Source: an uncultured Paraprevotella sp.
Lineage (GTDB): Bacteria; Bacteroidota; Bacteroidia; Bacteroidales; Bacteroidaceae
Length of the DNA: 64,000 nucleotides
NCBI GenBank assembly: GCA_964523985.1
Contig: CAZGBV010000002.1
Location: 6-64,005 of the forward strand
Direction: 5' to 3'
The notes beneath the pieces were generated by a model, which saw only the letters and a list, made by a program, of their open reading frames with translations, was not told where the DNA came from and ran no database searches. Of the stretch, positions 39,446 through 51,359 are shown in pieces. The first letter of the stretch is position 1, and the number at the start of each line of letters is the position of its first letter. The position numbers were made by a program, and so were the translations under genes.

Positions 39446-42262
39446 ATGGAATCATTCATCAGACTCGTGGCAAAAGACCTCATAAGCCGCTTCGGTGCCA
39501 ACCTGCGCGACATCACCGTGGTATTCCCCAACAAACGTGCCGGGATTTTCATGAACCAGGAGCTGGCCGCCGCGTCAGACCGCCCGACGTGGGCTCCGCG
39601 CTACCGCACCATCAGCGAGCTGTTCGATGCCCTGTCGGACTTCGCCCGTTGCGACGACATCCTCTCGGTGTGCGAACTCTACCGCGTCTATGCCTCGCTC
39701 GTGCCGGATCCCGAATCGCTCGACCGCTTCTACGGCTGGGGAGGCATCATGCTGGCCGACTTTGACGACATCGACAAGCATCTGGCCGACGCGCACGGGC
39801 TGTTCAGCAACATCCGAGCCATCAAAGAACTGGACTGCAACGACTTCCTGACACCGCGCCAGGAAGAGGCACTGAAGAAAGTGTTCGAGGGCTTCTCCAT
39901 CGAGGGCAACAGCCGACTGAAAGAGAAATTCCTCGCGCTCTGGAACCGGATGGACGAAATCTATGCCACGTTCAACGTGCGGCTGAGGGAAAAGGGGATG
40001 CTCTACGAGGGGGCGTTGTACAAGGACGTGGCGGAACACCTCGACGAACGCGCGGGCCGCATCCCCTCCGACGCGACGTATGCCTTCGTGGGGTTCAACG
40101 TGCTTAACGACGTGGAAAGGCGGCTGTTCTCCTTCCTGCGCGGACGGGGGCAAGCCCTCTTCTACTGGGACTACGACGTGATGTATGTCGGCGAGGACAG
40201 CCGCTTCGAGGCCGGCACCTTCATCCTGCGCAACCTGAAAGAGTTCCCCAACGCGCTTCCGGAGGCGTGCTTCGACAATCTCCGGAACCCGCCCCGCATC
40301 GAGTTTGTCGCCGCGACATCGGAGAATGCACAAGCACGCTACATCCCCCAATGGCTCGAAACCGCGCTCACGGAGCCGGAAGAGGACACTGCCATCGTGC
40401 TCTGTGACGAATCCCTGCTCGGTCCGGTGCTGCACTCGTTGCCCGATGCCGCGTCGCCGCGCCCCGTGAAGCGTGCCAACATCACCATGGGGTTTCCCAT
40501 GGCCGACACGCCGGTGTACAGCTTCATCAACGCGCTGCTTACCTTGCAGACCGAAGGATACGACCGCGACCGCCGTTGCTTCCTGCCGGAGCAGGAGAGG
40601 ATTGTGCGCGACCATCCCTACGCCTCGCTCGTGCCGGAGGAGGAAATCTTCCGCCACCACGCGGAAGGGCACGCGCTACTGGCCTACGTCCGTTCCTTGC
40701 TCGAGGCACTGGCCGCCACTTTCGCACGGCAACGGAAAGAACACGACGGAAACATCTACGGACGGTTATACGTCGAGGCTCTCTACCGCGCCCATCAGGT
40801 GGTCTGCCGCTTCATGTGCCTGACGGAAGACCGCACGCTCGACGTACAGCCGTTCACCCTGCGCCGCCTGTTGCGCGGTGTGCTGGCCTCCACTGCCATC
40901 CCTTTCCACGGCGAGCCGGCCGTAGGCCTACAAGTCATGGGGGTGCTGGAGACGCGCAACCTGAATTTCAGGCACATCCTGATGCTCTCCGCAGGCGAGG
41001 GTTTGTTGCCCAAGACCGTGAACGACACCTCTTTCATCCCTTACCACCTGCGCGAGGCTTTCGGGCTGACCACCATACGGCACAAGATAGCCGTGTACGC
41101 ATACTACTTCTACCGCCTCGTGCAACGCACGGAGCATATCACTTTCATGTACGATACCGCCACCAGCGACCTGAAGAAAAACGAGATGTCGCGCTTCCTG
41201 CGCCAACTGCTGGCCGAAACGGATTTCCCCATCGACATGAAAATCCTGCAACCCGCCTTGACCGTGCCAAAAAGTCGCGACATGGAAGCGGCCAAGCCCC
41301 CAGAAGTCATGGACATCTTGCGCCGGAATTACGACAGTCGTCTGAGCCGGCCGCATCCCCTCTCCCCTTCCGCGCTCAACGCCTATATCGACTGCCCGCT
41401 CATGTTCTATTTCCAACAGGTGGCGCACATACGCCGGCCCAAAGACCCGCAGAACGGCTTGGACAGCGCACTGTTCGGCACCATCTTCCACGGGGCGGCG
41501 GAACTCGCCTACCGCAAACTGGCAGAACGCGACAACGTCATCCGCCGCCAAGACATCGAGCGGTTGCTGAAAGGCGGGGACACGGCTCTGCTCCCCTTCA
41601 TAGACACCTCTTTCCTGAAAAACTTCTTCGGAGGGCGCGAAGACACGGTGTTCTACAACGGACAGTTGCTCGTGGCTCGCAAGGTCATGGCCTCCTACCT
41701 GCGCCGGTTGCTCGTCCACGACAGCCGCATGGAACAGTTCATGCCGCTGGAAATGGAAGGGAAACACCATAGGAGCATCAATGTCACGTCGGGAAGCCTC
41801 GCCTTCGCCATCGACATCGGGGGGAAAATAGACCGCATAGACATGGTGCGGATGACGGAAAAAAACACGAAACGCGAAATGGAAATCCTGCGCATCGTAG
41901 ATTACAAGACTGGCGGCATGCCCGAAAAGGCACTCTCGATGAGACAGCTGGTCGCACTGGCAGAAAAGCGCCCCTCGTACATCTTCCAGATTTTCCTGTA
42001 CGCGTGGGTCATGACGGGGGAACAGGAGCGTCCCGTCTCCCCTGCCCTCTTCTTCGTGCACAAATCCAACGGCGAGGACTACGACCCCACCGTGGAGTTT
42101 AACCGAGAACGGGTGACAGACTTCAACCGCATCAAGGACGAATTCCAAGAGACGTTGCAAGGCGTGCTGGATGAAATGTTCAACCCGGAAATACCCTTCC
42201 GGCAGACCACCGTGCCCAACATTTGCGCCCGTTGCGACTACAAATTGCTTTGCGGCAGGTAG
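39446..42262 (+). CDS. addB: PD-(D/E)XK nuclease with Fe-S staple (AddB-like)
   Basis: VVFPNKRA, LSPSALNAYIDCP, GKIDRID..IVDYKTG, terminal CxxCxxxxxC. Confidence 0.85.
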   Translation: MESFIRLVAKDLISRFGANLRDITVVFPNKRAGIFMNQELAAASDRPTWAPRYRTISELFDALSDFARCDDILSVCELYRVYASLVPDPESLDRFYGWGGIMLADFDDIDKHLADAHGLFSNIRAIKELDCNDFLTPRQEEALKKVFEGFSIEGNSRLKEKFLALWNRMDEIYATFNVRLREKGMLYEGALYKDVAEHLDERAGRIPSDATYAFVGFNVLNDVERRLFSFLRGRGQALFYWDYDVMYVGEDSRFEAGTFILRNLKEFPNALPEACFDNLRNPPRIEFVAATSENAQARYIPQWLETALTEPEEDTAIVLCDESLLGPVLHSLPDAASPRPVKRANITMGFPMADTPVYSFINALLTLQTEGYDRDRRCFLPEQERIVRDHPYASLVPEEEIFRHHAEGHALLAYVRSLLEALAATFARQRKEHDGNIYGRLYVEALYRAHQVVCRFMCLTEDRTLDVQPFTLRRLLRGVLASTAIPFHGEPAVGLQVMGVLETRNLNFRHILMLSAGEGLLPKTVNDTSFIPYHLREAFGLTTIRHKIAVYAYYFYRLVQRTEHITFMYDTATSDLKKNEMSRFLRQLLAETDFPIDMKILQPALTVPKSRDMEAAKPPEVMDILRRNYDSRLSRPHPLSPSALNAYIDCPLMFYFQQVAHIRRPKDPQNGLDSALFGTIFHGAAELAYRKLAERDNVIRRQDIERLLKGGDTALLPFIDTSFLKNFFGGREDTVFYNGQLLVARKVMASYLRRLLVHDSRMEQFMPLEMEGKHHRSINVTSGSLAFAIDIGGKIDRIDMVRMTEKNTKREMEILRIVDYKTGGMPEKALSMRQLVALAEKRPSYIFQIFLYAWVMTGEQERPVSPALFFVHKSNGEDYDPTVEFNRERVTDFNRIKDEFQETLQGVLDEMFNPEIPFRQTTVPNICARCDYKLLCGR

Positions 42263-42337
42263 GGAAGCCGAAGAAATCGCGCCTTCCGGCTTGTGGAAAT
42301 GGAAATAAAACTTTATCTTTGAACCCGTTTTTAGGTC

Positions 42338-42412
42338 GGTTCCGTAGCTCAGCCGGATTAGAGCAACGCCCTTCTAAGGCGTGGGTCTTGGGTTCGAATC
42401 CCAACGGAATCA
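42338..42412 (+). tRNA. tRNA-Arg(TCT)
   Basis: Acceptor GGTTCCG/CGGAATC, anticodon arm acgcc-ctTCTaa-ggcgt, T-arm ttggg-ttcgaat-cccaa; upstream TATCTTTG at 42314-42321. Confidence 0.96.
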
Positions 42413-42416
42413 CCGG

Positions 42417-42450
42417 AAGGAGGTCTTCAGTAATGGAGACCTATCCTTTT
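42417..42450 (+). terminator. Terminator-like hairpin after tRNA-Arg
   Basis: aaggaggtcttca-gtaa-tggagacctatccttt. Confidence 0.6.
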
Positions 42451-42579
42451 AGAATCAGAAAAATCCAATGTTATTCAGTGAATTGCTGTTCTTTTTTGAA
42501 GTGGTTCACATTGTGGTGACACCATTAAGAAAACGAGAAAATGGGACACACGGGGACATAAAAAGCCGCTTTGGGACGG

Positions 42580-43330
42580 GTTATTACCACCTACAAAGCA
42601 TTGGAACGGTTCGGCAAATTCAATACCTTCAATGACGTTACCTCACAGCACGTCTACCAGTTTGACTTTTTATAAGAGAAGAACAGGCTTGCACGACCAA
42701 AGGAAAACCAATCATTCGAAGCCAGACAGCCATCCACAATTATCACAAGATTTTAAGGCATACGTTAATGAGGCTTTCTGTTTTGGCCTTATCAAGGAAA
42801 ATCCGTATGAGCACTTTCAAGACTATCGTGGCGAGAAAAACGAGCGACCCACCTTACTAAGGTGTAGCTTAAAAGGTTTATTCGCATACGGGATGACAGC
42901 ACGGACGCGGTAATGAACAAGTACATTGATTCCTTCCTTTTCCAAACCTTTACGGGCATGGTATATGGGGATGCAAAATCATTCGACTATGAGAAACACG
43001 TTGTTTCCATGGACGGAAAGATTACATTGATGGGCACAGGATGAAAACAGGAAGCAAGTTTGTCACCCCTATATCGCCCATCACACGGAATATCTTGGAA
43101 CGTAACAACTACAAAATGGAGATTACCTCCAATCAAAAGTACAACCAGTTCCTCAAGGGCATAGGCGTGGCTCTTGGCTGCCTCTTCCCCCTTAACCACG
43201 CATATTGCCCGGCATACCTTCGTATGTACGGTGGTTTTCGGTCAAGGCGTTTCCAAGGAGTTTTACAAATCATGATGTGACACACTTCCATCAAGACAAC
43301 GGAGAGCTATGCGAAACTACCCATACGAAA
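42580..43330 (+). pseudogene. Decayed tyrosine recombinase (integrase)
   Basis: Frameshifted fragments: YKALERFGKFNTFNDVT; FKAYVNEA..GLIKENPY; FQTFTGM.YGD; KTG; SNQKYNQFLK; TTHIARHTF; MM*HTSIKTTESYAK. Boundaries approximate. Confidence 0.85.
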
Positions 43331-43402
43331 ATTGCGAGATTACCATTTTTCTTATCCCGAACTCGCATAAACCTCGTCTATTTCGCCTTCGCATCTGCTG
43401 AG

Positions 43403-43425
43403 AGCCTCTTGTCGGATTCGAACCG
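43403..43425 (-). mobile_element. tRNA 3'-end fragment (att-core-like)
   Basis: Minus strand reads cggttcgaatccgacaagaggct, i.e. a T-loop plus 3' acceptor strand; no 5' half of the tRNA is present. Confidence 0.65.
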
Positions 43426-43482
43426 GCATTACCCGGCTTAAAAAGCCACGTACTCCCTCCCAAGGGGTCAAAAGAGGCAGGT

Positions 43483-43578
43483 GGGAAAGCTTACTGCATC
43501 GCACCGCTACAACCAACTACCCTTGCTGCGATCAAGCCCTGGGGGATTCGAAGGGAGCTGGCCGTGCAGGACTTTCCC
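43483..43578 (-). ncRNA. ffs: Small SRP RNA (4.5S)
   Basis: Terminal stem gggaaag/ctttccc, ~96-nt hairpin with CAGG...AGCA symmetric-loop motif; upstream TACCTTTG at 43590-43597. Confidence 0.85.
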
Positions 43579-43887
43579 GTTTATGGTTGCAAAGGTAGGA
43601 ACTTTTTCTTTTTTTCCAAAACATGGCGTACATTTTTTCACGATGCCTTTGGGACGGGCAGGACAAGGCGTACCTGCTACGAATGGAGATTTTGGTTTCT
43701 GCCGCAAGCGATGACAGCGTTCCTTTGGAAAAACAGGAAAGACAACATGGAAACATCCGCGGCAAGCTACTTTTCTTTTCCCTACCGTTCCACGTCAGCG
43801 AAGGCGAGATGCCTTTTTCAGCCTTCTCCTGCTATTTTCGTTGCGCGAAAGAAGCGACCGTACATCCGCCCGGGTACGGCTTGCCTT

Positions 43888-45108
43888 TCAGAAGTTCACG
43901 TTACTGAAAATCAAGTCCGATGCTCCGGCGTTTCGCGCGATGTATTGTCCGGCGATGCGTCCACGCTCCGCCAAGAAGTCTCCGTTAGAAAACAGACGAT
44001 TCATCGTCCGGCCAAAGGATGCCGCATCGGTCACTTCCATACATCCACCCTCGCGTAGCAAGTCCTTGGTCTCGCGGAATTTGCGGTTGTTGGGTCCAAC
44101 AAGCACGGGTATGCCGTAAACTGCCGCTTCGGGTACGTTGTGGATTCCCGCCCCGAACCCACCACCCACATAAGCCACCTCTCCATAACGGTAGATGGAC
44201 GAGAGCAGACCGTAACAGTCGACAACCAAGCAATCAGCACGGACGACGGTGTCTTCCGTGACTTGGGAATAACGTAAGGACGGGCGGCATAACTTTTTCT
44301 CAATTTCTTTCAGGTGTTTCTCGTCGACCACGTGGGGCACCAGCACCAGTTTCATTTCAGGGTGTTCGTTGAAGTAAGGAATAATCAAATCCTCGTCTGG
44401 CTTCCACGAGCTTCCGGCCACCAGCACCTTGGCATCTTGTCTGAAAGCTTTCAGCAACGGCAATTCCTTGGCCTGCCGACGAATATCCAACACACGGTCG
44501 AAACGAGTGTCTCCGGTCACGGTGACGTTCATGATACCCTCGTGCGCCAACAGTTTGCGCGACGACTCGTTCTGCACGAAAAAGTGGGTCACACAACGCA
44601 ACACCTCACCGTAGCCACACCCGTACCAACGGAAAAAAACTTGATCCTTGCGAAAGATGCTGCTCACGCTGTACACCGGGATACCGTTGCGACGACAGGC
44701 ATGGAGGTAATTGCTCCAGAACTCGTATTTGATGAAGAACGCCATGCGCGGGCGGACTATCCGCAGGAACTCGCGCACGTTGCCCGGCGTGTCGAAAGGG
44801 AGGTAGCACACCACATCGGCTCCCTCGTAGTCCTTGCGTACCTCGTAACCCGATGGCGAAAAGAAAGTCAGCAGTATCTTGTACTCTGGGCGCGTGCAAC
44901 GTAGGCGTTCCATCAGCGGGCGGCCTTGTTCAAATTCGCCGAGCGAAGCGGCATGAAACCAGACATAAGTGTCCTCTCTCCAGACTTTCTCCCGCAAGAT
45001 CCGAAACGTGTCCCGTTGCCCTTTCGTCATCAGCCGCGCTTTTTTGTGGAAAGGCGAGGCTAAGGCGATGGCCAAAGCATATAGGCGAAGCGCGAGGGAA
45101 TATATCAT
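43888..45108 (-). CDS. waaA: Kdo transferase
   Basis: [47 protein letters not shown]; start ATG 45108. Confidence 0.94.
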   Translation of the reverse strand: MIYSLALRLYALAIALASPFHKKARLMTKGQRDTFRILREKVWREDTYVWFHAASLGEFEQGRPLMERLRCTRPEYKILLTFFSPSGYEVRKDYEGADVVCYLPFDTPGNVREFLRIVRPRMAFFIKYEFWSNYLHACRRNGIPVYSVSSIFRKDQVFFRWYGCGYGEVLRCVTHFFVQNESSRKLLAHEGIMNVTVTGDTRFDRVLDIRRQAKELPLLKAFRQDAKVLVAGSSWKPDEDLIIPYFNEHPEMKLVLVPHVVDEKHLKEIEKKLCRPSLRYSQVTEDTVVRADCLVVDCYGLLSSIYRYGEVAYVGGGFGAGIHNVPEAAVYGIPVLVGPNNRKFRETKDLLREGGCMEVTDAASFGRTMNRLFSNGDFLAERGRIAGQYIARNAGASDLIFSNVNF

Positions 45109-46622
45109 TTCAGAATCTCTACGGCTTTGCGCATCCTGCGTAATGTCTCCTCTTTCCCGAGGAAAGCCGAAAGCTCGTACATATCGGGGCCTTTTCCCGT
45201 GCCCACTAAGGCCACACGCCACGGATTCCAAGGTTTCTTGCCCGTTTCTTCCGCCCATCTGTCCACGGCCTCCTTCTGCCCCTCGGCCGAGAAGTCGTCC
45301 AAGCTCTCCAGCAACGCGGCCAGCTTGGCCATGTCGTCCGCCGCCGTTTCCGTCCAATTCTTGCGCACGAACTTGTCCTCGCGGTCGTAACTCTGCGGGG
45401 CGATGAAAAAGAAATCGCACAGAGGCCACAAGTCCTTGATGAAGTTTATCTTCTTCGTCTTCATCATACCCACCACGGCCTCCACCCGTTCCGGTAATGC
45501 TACTATCCCATTCTCCCGCAGTATCTTGTCGAAATCGGGCACCAATTCCTTGTTGTCTTTCATCCGTATGTATTCACGGTTGAACCACAATCCCTTCACG
45601 TAGTCGAACTTGGCACCGGCCTTGCTACATTTGGTGATGTCGAAGAGCCGCACCAATTCGTCCAGCGACATGATTTCCTTGTCTGTGCCGGGATTCCATC
45701 CCAACAGAGCCAAGAAGTTGACGACGGCCTCTGGCAGGTAACCGCTCTCTCGGTAGCCGGGAGACACCTCGCCCGTCTTGGGGTCGCGCCATTCGAGGGG
45801 AAAGACGGGGAAACCCAGCCGGTCGCCGTCGCGTTTGCTCAGTTTTCCTTTTCCGTCGGGCTTAAGCAACAGAGGAAGGTGAGCGAACTTTGGCATCGTA
45901 CCGACCCACCCAAACGCGCGGTAAAGCAGGACGTGGAGCGGAGCCGAAGGCAACCACTCCTCGCCGCGTATCACGTGGGTCACCTCCATCAGATGGTCGT
46001 CCACGATGTTGGCCAAATGGTAAGTGGGCAGTCCGTCGGAACTCTTGTAAAGCACCTTGTCGTCGAGGATGGAGGAGTTGACCACCACGTCACCGCGTAT
46101 CATGTCGTCCACGTGCACGTCCTCTCCCGGATCCACCTTAAATCGCACGACGTACTGTCTGCCTTCGGTCGTTAGCTTTTCCAATTCGCCGGGTTTCAGC
46201 GTCAACGAATTGCGCATCATGCCGCGCGTGGAGGCATCGTACTGGAAATTCCGTGTCTCGCGTCGGCGGGCTTCCAGTTCTTCCGGCGTGTCGAAGGCGA
46301 CATAAGCCTTGCCAGCATCGAGCAACTCTTGCACGTACCTCTTATAAATAACGCGTCTTTCCGACTGGCGATAAGGGCCGTATGCACCCCCAACGCCCAC
46401 TCCTTCATCGAAGTGGATGCCCAGCCAGCGAAACGACTCAAGGATGTATTCTTCCGCCCCCGGAACAAAACGCGCGGTGTCCGTGTCCTCAATGCGGAAG
46501 ATGAACTCGCCGCCGTTACGGCGGGCGAAAAGATAATTGTACAAGGCCGTACGCACGCCGCCTATGTGCAAAGCTCCCGTGGGGCTGGGAGCGAAACGTA
46601 CTCTTACTTTTCCCTGTGTCAT
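45105..46622 (-). CDS. gltX: Glutamate--tRNA ligase
   Basis: [36 protein letters not shown]; start ATG 46622. Confidence 0.97.
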   Translation of the reverse strand: MTQGKVRVRFAPSPTGALHIGGVRTALYNYLFARRNGGEFIFRIEDTDTARFVPGAEEYILESFRWLGIHFDEGVGVGGAYGPYRQSERRVIYKRYVQELLDAGKAYVAFDTPEELEARRRETRNFQYDASTRGMMRNSLTLKPGELEKLTTEGRQYVVRFKVDPGEDVHVDDMIRGDVVVNSSILDDKVLYKSSDGLPTYHLANIVDDHLMEVTHVIRGEEWLPSAPLHVLLYRAFGWVGTMPKFAHLPLLLKPDGKGKLSKRDGDRLGFPVFPLEWRDPKTGEVSPGYRESGYLPEAVVNFLALLGWNPGTDKEIMSLDELVRLFDITKCSKAGAKFDYVKGLWFNREYIRMKDNKELVPDFDKILRENGIVALPERVEAVVGMMKTKKINFIKDLWPLCDFFFIAPQSYDREDKFVRKNWTETAADDMAKLAALLESLDDFSAEGQKEAVDRWAEETGKKPWNPWRVALVGTGKGPDMYELSAFLGKEETLRRMRKAVEILK

Positions 46623-46718
46623 GACAACATTCGCGAATATCTTGCAAAAATAACGCTTTTTATCTGTATTCCCCGTATTTTTTTGTATTTTCGCCATGAT
46701 TAAAGTATAAGGAAAGAA

Positions 46719-48782
46719 ATGGACGGACATAGCCGACGAAACAAACTTACCACGAAAGCACTGATTTGCAGGATACTCATCACTGTGGTGGCCATATTTG
46801 CCGTGTGTCTGTACATACCCCGCGACGGGCGTTCCGCATACCAGTTCGATGTGGGCAAACCTTGGCGTTACAACCAGCTCATCGCGACGTATGATTTCCC
46901 CATTTACAAGAGCGACGACGTAGTGCGGGCGGAGCAGGATAGCATACTGCGGAACTACAAACCTTATTTCGCTATCAACGCGGTTGCGGGGAAAGAACAA
47001 GCGGCGAGGTTCAGGGCTGCCACGAGAGGGCAGGAACCTGCCGTCCTGCCGCCCGACTACGCGGCTTATGTGGAAGGCAAGCTGGAGCACGTTTACTCGC
47101 AGGGAATCATGGACGCGAGGGACTTCGACCGGATGCGCTCCGGCGAGGTGACCGCCATCCGCATTTTTGCGCAGGACGTGGCGAAGGAGCAACCGTTGTC
47201 GCAAGTGTTCTCGCAAAAAACCGCCTACGAATACTTGATTGACCTGAGGGAAGACAGTCTGCGCTACGACCGCAACGTGTTGCGAAAGTGCAACCTGAGC
47301 GAATATATCGTGCCTAACTTGACCTTCGACGAGGCCAAATCAGAGGAATCGCGGAAAGATTTGCTGTCCTCTCTCTGTTATTCGTCCGGCATGGTCATGA
47401 GCGGGCAAAAAATCATAGACTACGGAGATATCGTAGACAGGAATACTTATGAAATCCTGACCTCGTTGGAAAAGGAAAACGCCCGCCGAAGCACCTCCGA
47501 GATGCAGTCGCATACGGTGCTGACCGGACAACTGCTTTACATGACCCTCATCATCGTGTGCCTGACGCTCTATTTCAACCTGTTCCCCCACGACTATTTG
47601 ACCAACATGCGCCGCTTCTTGTTCATCGCGTCCATGCCCGTCATCTACCCGCTGGTCACATCGTTCCTCGTCAGGCATAACCTGTTCAGCGTCTATATCA
47701 TCCCGTTCGCCATGGCTCCGATTTTCATTCAGGTGTTCATGGACTCGAGGACGGCTTTCGTGACCCACGTGGCTACAGTGCTTATCAGTGCCATAACATT
47801 GAAATATCCTTATGAGTTCACCGCCACGCAACTCATGGCGGGCATGGTGGCCATCTACAACTTGCGTGAACTCTCTCAACGCTCGCAACTTATCCGCTCG
47901 GCCTTTTACATTACGTTGGTTTCCGTCACCTTTTACCTAAGCATGGATCTTGTCCGCGAGAAAGACTTCATGCGGCTGGACTACGACATATACGTCCATA
48001 TCGCCGTCAACGGACTCCTGTTGCTCTTCGCCTACCCGTTGCTGTTTTTATTCGAGAAGATTTTCGGCTTCACCTCCAACGTGACCCTCGTGGAACTGTC
48101 GAATACGAACAACGAGCTGTTGAAAAAGCTCTCGGAGGTGGCTCCTGGAACGTTCCAGCATTCCATGCAGGTGGCGAACCTGGCCACCGAGGTAGCGAAC
48201 AAAATCGGCGCGAAGGTCATGCTGGTCAGGACGGGAGCCTTGTATCACGACATCGGGAAAATGAACGCTCCGACCTACTTCACGGAAAACCAGAACAACT
48301 TCAACCCACACGACCGCATCAGCTACGAGCAAAGTGCGGCAATCGTCATCAACCACGTTAAGAACGGTCTCAAACTGGCTAACAAATACAACCTGCCGCA
48401 GGTCATCAAGGATTTCATCCTGACGCACCACGGAAAGGGCAAGACCAAATACTTCCTGATTTCGTACAAGAACAGCAAGCCGGACAGTCCGGTGGATGAA
48501 TCGCTCTTCACTTACCCCGGCCCGAACCCGTCCACGCCGGAACAAGCCATCCTAATGATGGCCGATTCCGTGGAAGCCGCTTCCAGAAGCCTGAAAGAAT
48601 ATACGGAAGAAAGCGTCAGCAAACTGGTGGACAGAATTGTGGACGGCCAGATGCAAGAGGGGTTCTTCAAGGACTGCCCTCTCACGTTCCAAGACATCGC
48701 CATGGCCAAGGACGTGTTCAAGGAAAAGTTGATGACTATCTACCACACGCGCATCAGTTACCCAGAACTGAAGAAAAAATAA
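46719..48782 (+). CDS. 7TM-HD phosphohydrolase (PgpH-like)
   Basis: Periplasmic domain, multi-TM region, [35 protein letters not shown]. Confidence 0.9.
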   Translation: MDGHSRRNKLTTKALICRILITVVAIFAVCLYIPRDGRSAYQFDVGKPWRYNQLIATYDFPIYKSDDVVRAEQDSILRNYKPYFAINAVAGKEQAARFRAATRGQEPAVLPPDYAAYVEGKLEHVYSQGIMDARDFDRMRSGEVTAIRIFAQDVAKEQPLSQVFSQKTAYEYLIDLREDSLRYDRNVLRKCNLSEYIVPNLTFDEAKSEESRKDLLSSLCYSSGMVMSGQKIIDYGDIVDRNTYEILTSLEKENARRSTSEMQSHTVLTGQLLYMTLIIVCLTLYFNLFPHDYLTNMRRFLFIASMPVIYPLVTSFLVRHNLFSVYIIPFAMAPIFIQVFMDSRTAFVTHVATVLISAITLKYPYEFTATQLMAGMVAIYNLRELSQRSQLIRSAFYITLVSVTFYLSMDLVREKDFMRLDYDIYVHIAVNGLLLLFAYPLLFLFEKIFGFTSNVTLVELSNTNNELLKKLSEVAPGTFQHSMQVANLATEVANKIGAKVMLVRTGALYHDIGKMNAPTYFTENQNNFNPHDRISYEQSAAIVINHVKNGLKLANKYNLPQVIKDFILTHHGKGKTKYFLISYKNSKPDSPVDESLFTYPGPNPSTPEQAILMMADSVEAASRSLKEYTEESVSKLVDRIVDGQMQEGFFKDCPLTFQDIAMAKDVFKEKLMTIYHTRISYPELKKK

Positions 48783-48793
48783 GCGGTGTGCCC

Positions 48794-51277
48794 CTACATG
48801 GGATCCACGTCGAAATAAATCCGGGCGGCGCGGTAATCAGGTAGGGTTGCCAAACTTCGACAAGCAAGGAGCAGTTGCTCGCGGACTTTGGGCAGGGAGA
48901 TTCCTGATTCCACTTTCAGCACGATTTTGCGGATGTAAAGCAATTGGACGCGTGCCACGGGCGGTGTGTCGGGACCCAGTATGCGTGACCCGAAAACCGT
49001 GCGCAGACGATTTCCCATATCCACGGCCAAACGGTCGAGCACGTCCGCCCGCGTGTGTTTCATATAGACATAAATCAAACGGCAAAAAGGCGGATACACG
49101 AAAGTCCGGCGTTCTTCCATCTGTCCGGTGTACATACCGCGGTAGTCGTGCTCTGTCAGTTGGCGGACGAGGGGTAGGTCGGGGCTTTTGGTCTGCACGA
49201 TGACGAGTCCTTGCCTGCCGCGGCGTCCGGCACGTCCCGCCACCTGCGCCATCAGCTGAAAGGCACGTTCGGAGCTACGGAAGTCCGGGATGTTGAACAT
49301 GATGTCGGCATTCAATATGCCTACCACGCTGACCCGTTCGAAATCCAGTCCCTTGGTGACCATCTGCGTTCCGACGAGCACGTCCGTCTTTCCGTTCTGG
49401 AAACTCTCCAAAATACCCTCGTATGCTGTGCGAGTGCGAGTGGTGTCCAAGTCCATCCGGGTCACAACGGCATCGGGGAAGAAGTGGCGCACGGCATCTT
49501 CCACCTTTTCCGTACCGAATCCCCGCTCCACCAGTACGGTTTCGCCGCAGGCGGGGCAACGTACCGGTACTTCGCACGTGTAGCCGCAATAATGGCAAGT
49601 CATCCGGTTCATCCCCTTGTGGTAGGTCAGGCTCACGTCGCAGTTCTTGCATTTCGGCACCCATCCGCACGTGTGACATTCTATCATCGGGGCGTATCCC
49701 CTCCGGTTCTGGAACAGTATGACCTGCTCTTTGTTTTCCAACGCTCGTCGCATTTCTTCAAACAGGCGCGGCGAAAATACGCCGACCATACACCGTTGAC
49801 GTTTCAGTTCCTTGATGTTCACCACCTCTATCTCCGGTAGGCTTACTCGCCCGTAACGTTCCGTCAGCTCCACCAGCCCGTATTTGCCTGAGAGGGCGTT
49901 GTGGTAGGTTTCAAGTGCCGGCGTGGCCGTGCCAAGCAACGTGCGGGCACCGCACATACGAGCCAACATAATAGCGGCATCGCGTGCATGGTAGCGCGGC
50001 GCGGGGTCTTGTTGTTTGTAGGACGGTTCGTGTTCCTCGTCCACGATTACCAGTCCCAGATGCCGGAAAGGCAGGAAGACGGACGAACGGACTCCCACGA
50101 TGATGTCGTAGGGGCTGTCGGACAGTTGTTTCTGCCATATCTCGACACGTTCGGCATCGGGAAACTTCGAATGGTACACTCCCATGCGGTGGCCGAACAC
50201 GCGGTATAGCCTATCTGTCAGTTGTGTGGTCAGCACGATTTCCGGCACGAGGTAAAGCACCTGCTTCCCCTCGGCTATCATCCGATTTATCAAGTGGATG
50301 TAAATCTCCGTTTTTCCGCTCGATGTCACCCCGTGAAGCAGACATACCGAACGGCAGGCAAAGGCTTCCTCCAATTCACGGAATGCCTTTTCCTGAACCT
50401 CGCTCAGGGGAGAAACCCCGATAGTGTCGACAATCTCCGTATGTGTCAGTCGCCCCACCTCGTAGGAATAAGCCTCTAATACGCCTTTCTTTTCCAAGGC
50501 TTGGCAAGCTGCCAGACTGCCTCCTGCAACCTCCGTCAAAGCTTTCCGTTCCACCTCTACCAGCATCTTCGGGTTGTGCAACCGAAATGCTGTTCCGGCA
50601 TCCGCCAAGTTCAGGTATTTCAACAAGAGGGATTGTTGTTTGGGTGCTCTTCCCAAGCCGTCAAGCAATTCTCCGAGCTTGCCCTCGTCGAAATAGGCGG
50701 ACGACAGGCGCACGTGCACTTCCATTCGTGGCCTATAGCTACGTTTGACATCCTCTTTCATGGAGAGGATTCCCTTGTCCATCAACGACTTCAACACACG
50801 TAGAACGCGGAAATCCCTGCATTCCCTTTGAAGTTGCGTCACGGTAGCCGCAGAATGCCCCGACACCGACGTGATTACCCGCTGTTCACGTTCCGACAAG
50901 ATGTCGTTTCCCACATAATCATCGTTCACCACTACCTTGCTCTCGCTTTCCATCTTCATGCCGGATGGCAAGGCGGCTTTGTACACGTCGCCTATCGTGC
51001 AGAGGTAATAATCCGCCAGCCATCTCCAAAAATCCAGTTGCCCCGGAAGCAAGACGGGGACGGAATCGAGCATCTCCCACATGGTCTTCACGGCGTAGCC
51101 TTGCGGTTGTTGCCCGTAGACCTTGACCACGATTGCCGTGTAGAACTTTTTGGCACCGAACGGCACGATAACCCTGCATCCGGGCCGCACCTTTCCTTCC
51201 CATTCGGCGGGCAGGGTGTAGGTGTAGGCATCGGGCAAAGGAAGAGGCAGGATGACATCCGCGAACATTAAACGCAT
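48794..51277 (-). CDS. priA: Primosomal protein N'
   Basis: HGVTSSGKTE, VDEEHE, GTATP, QNRRGY, four CxxC, GTQMVTKGLDF, QVAGRAGR. Confidence 0.97.
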   Translation of the reverse strand: MRLMFADVILPLPLPDAYTYTLPAEWEGKVRPGCRVIVPFGAKKFYTAIVVKVYGQQPQGYAVKTMWEMLDSVPVLLPGQLDFWRWLADYYLCTIGDVYKAALPSGMKMESESKVVVNDDYVGNDILSEREQRVITSVSGHSAATVTQLQRECRDFRVLRVLKSLMDKGILSMKEDVKRSYRPRMEVHVRLSSAYFDEGKLGELLDGLGRAPKQQSLLLKYLNLADAGTAFRLHNPKMLVEVERKALTEVAGGSLAACQALEKKGVLEAYSYEVGRLTHTEIVDTIGVSPLSEVQEKAFRELEEAFACRSVCLLHGVTSSGKTEIYIHLINRMIAEGKQVLYLVPEIVLTTQLTDRLYRVFGHRMGVYHSKFPDAERVEIWQKQLSDSPYDIIVGVRSSVFLPFRHLGLVIVDEEHEPSYKQQDPAPRYHARDAAIMLARMCGARTLLGTATPALETYHNALSGKYGLVELTERYGRVSLPEIEVVNIKELKRQRCMVGVFSPRLFEEMRRALENKEQVILFQNRRGYAPMIECHTCGWVPKCKNCDVSLTYHKGMNRMTCHYCGYTCEVPVRCPACGETVLVERGFGTEKVEDAVRHFFPDAVVTRMDLDTTRTRTAYEGILESFQNGKTDVLVGTQMVTKGLDFERVSVVGILNADIMFNIPDFRSSERAFQLMAQVAGRAGRRGRQGLVIVQTKSPDLPLVRQLTEHDYRGMYTGQMEERRTFVYPPFCRLIYVYMKHTRADVLDRLAVDMGNRLRTVFGSRILGPDTPPVARVQLLYIRKIVLKVESGISLPKVREQLLLACRSLATLPDYRAARIYFDVDPM

Positions 51278-51359
51278 GAATTTTTAAGGAGTTGCAAGAA
51301 CAAGGAGCATCCCGCGTCCATCGGCATACCGTCGGTTGCAGAATGCCCAGCGAAGAGGC

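Noticed and set aside
35767-42412. Helicase-nuclease pair flanked by two tRNAs, resembling an island or defence system
   Set aside because: The genes fit housekeeping AddAB with host-like composition, and no att duplication flanks them.
21067-46622. Apparent N-terminal extensions in ORF-track calls (fabG 348 aa, KS 503 aa, addA 1153 aa, waaA 513 aa, gltX 703 aa)
   Set aside because: These are artefacts of taking the most upstream start; the extensions overlap neighbouring genes or promoters, so internal ATGs were chosen.
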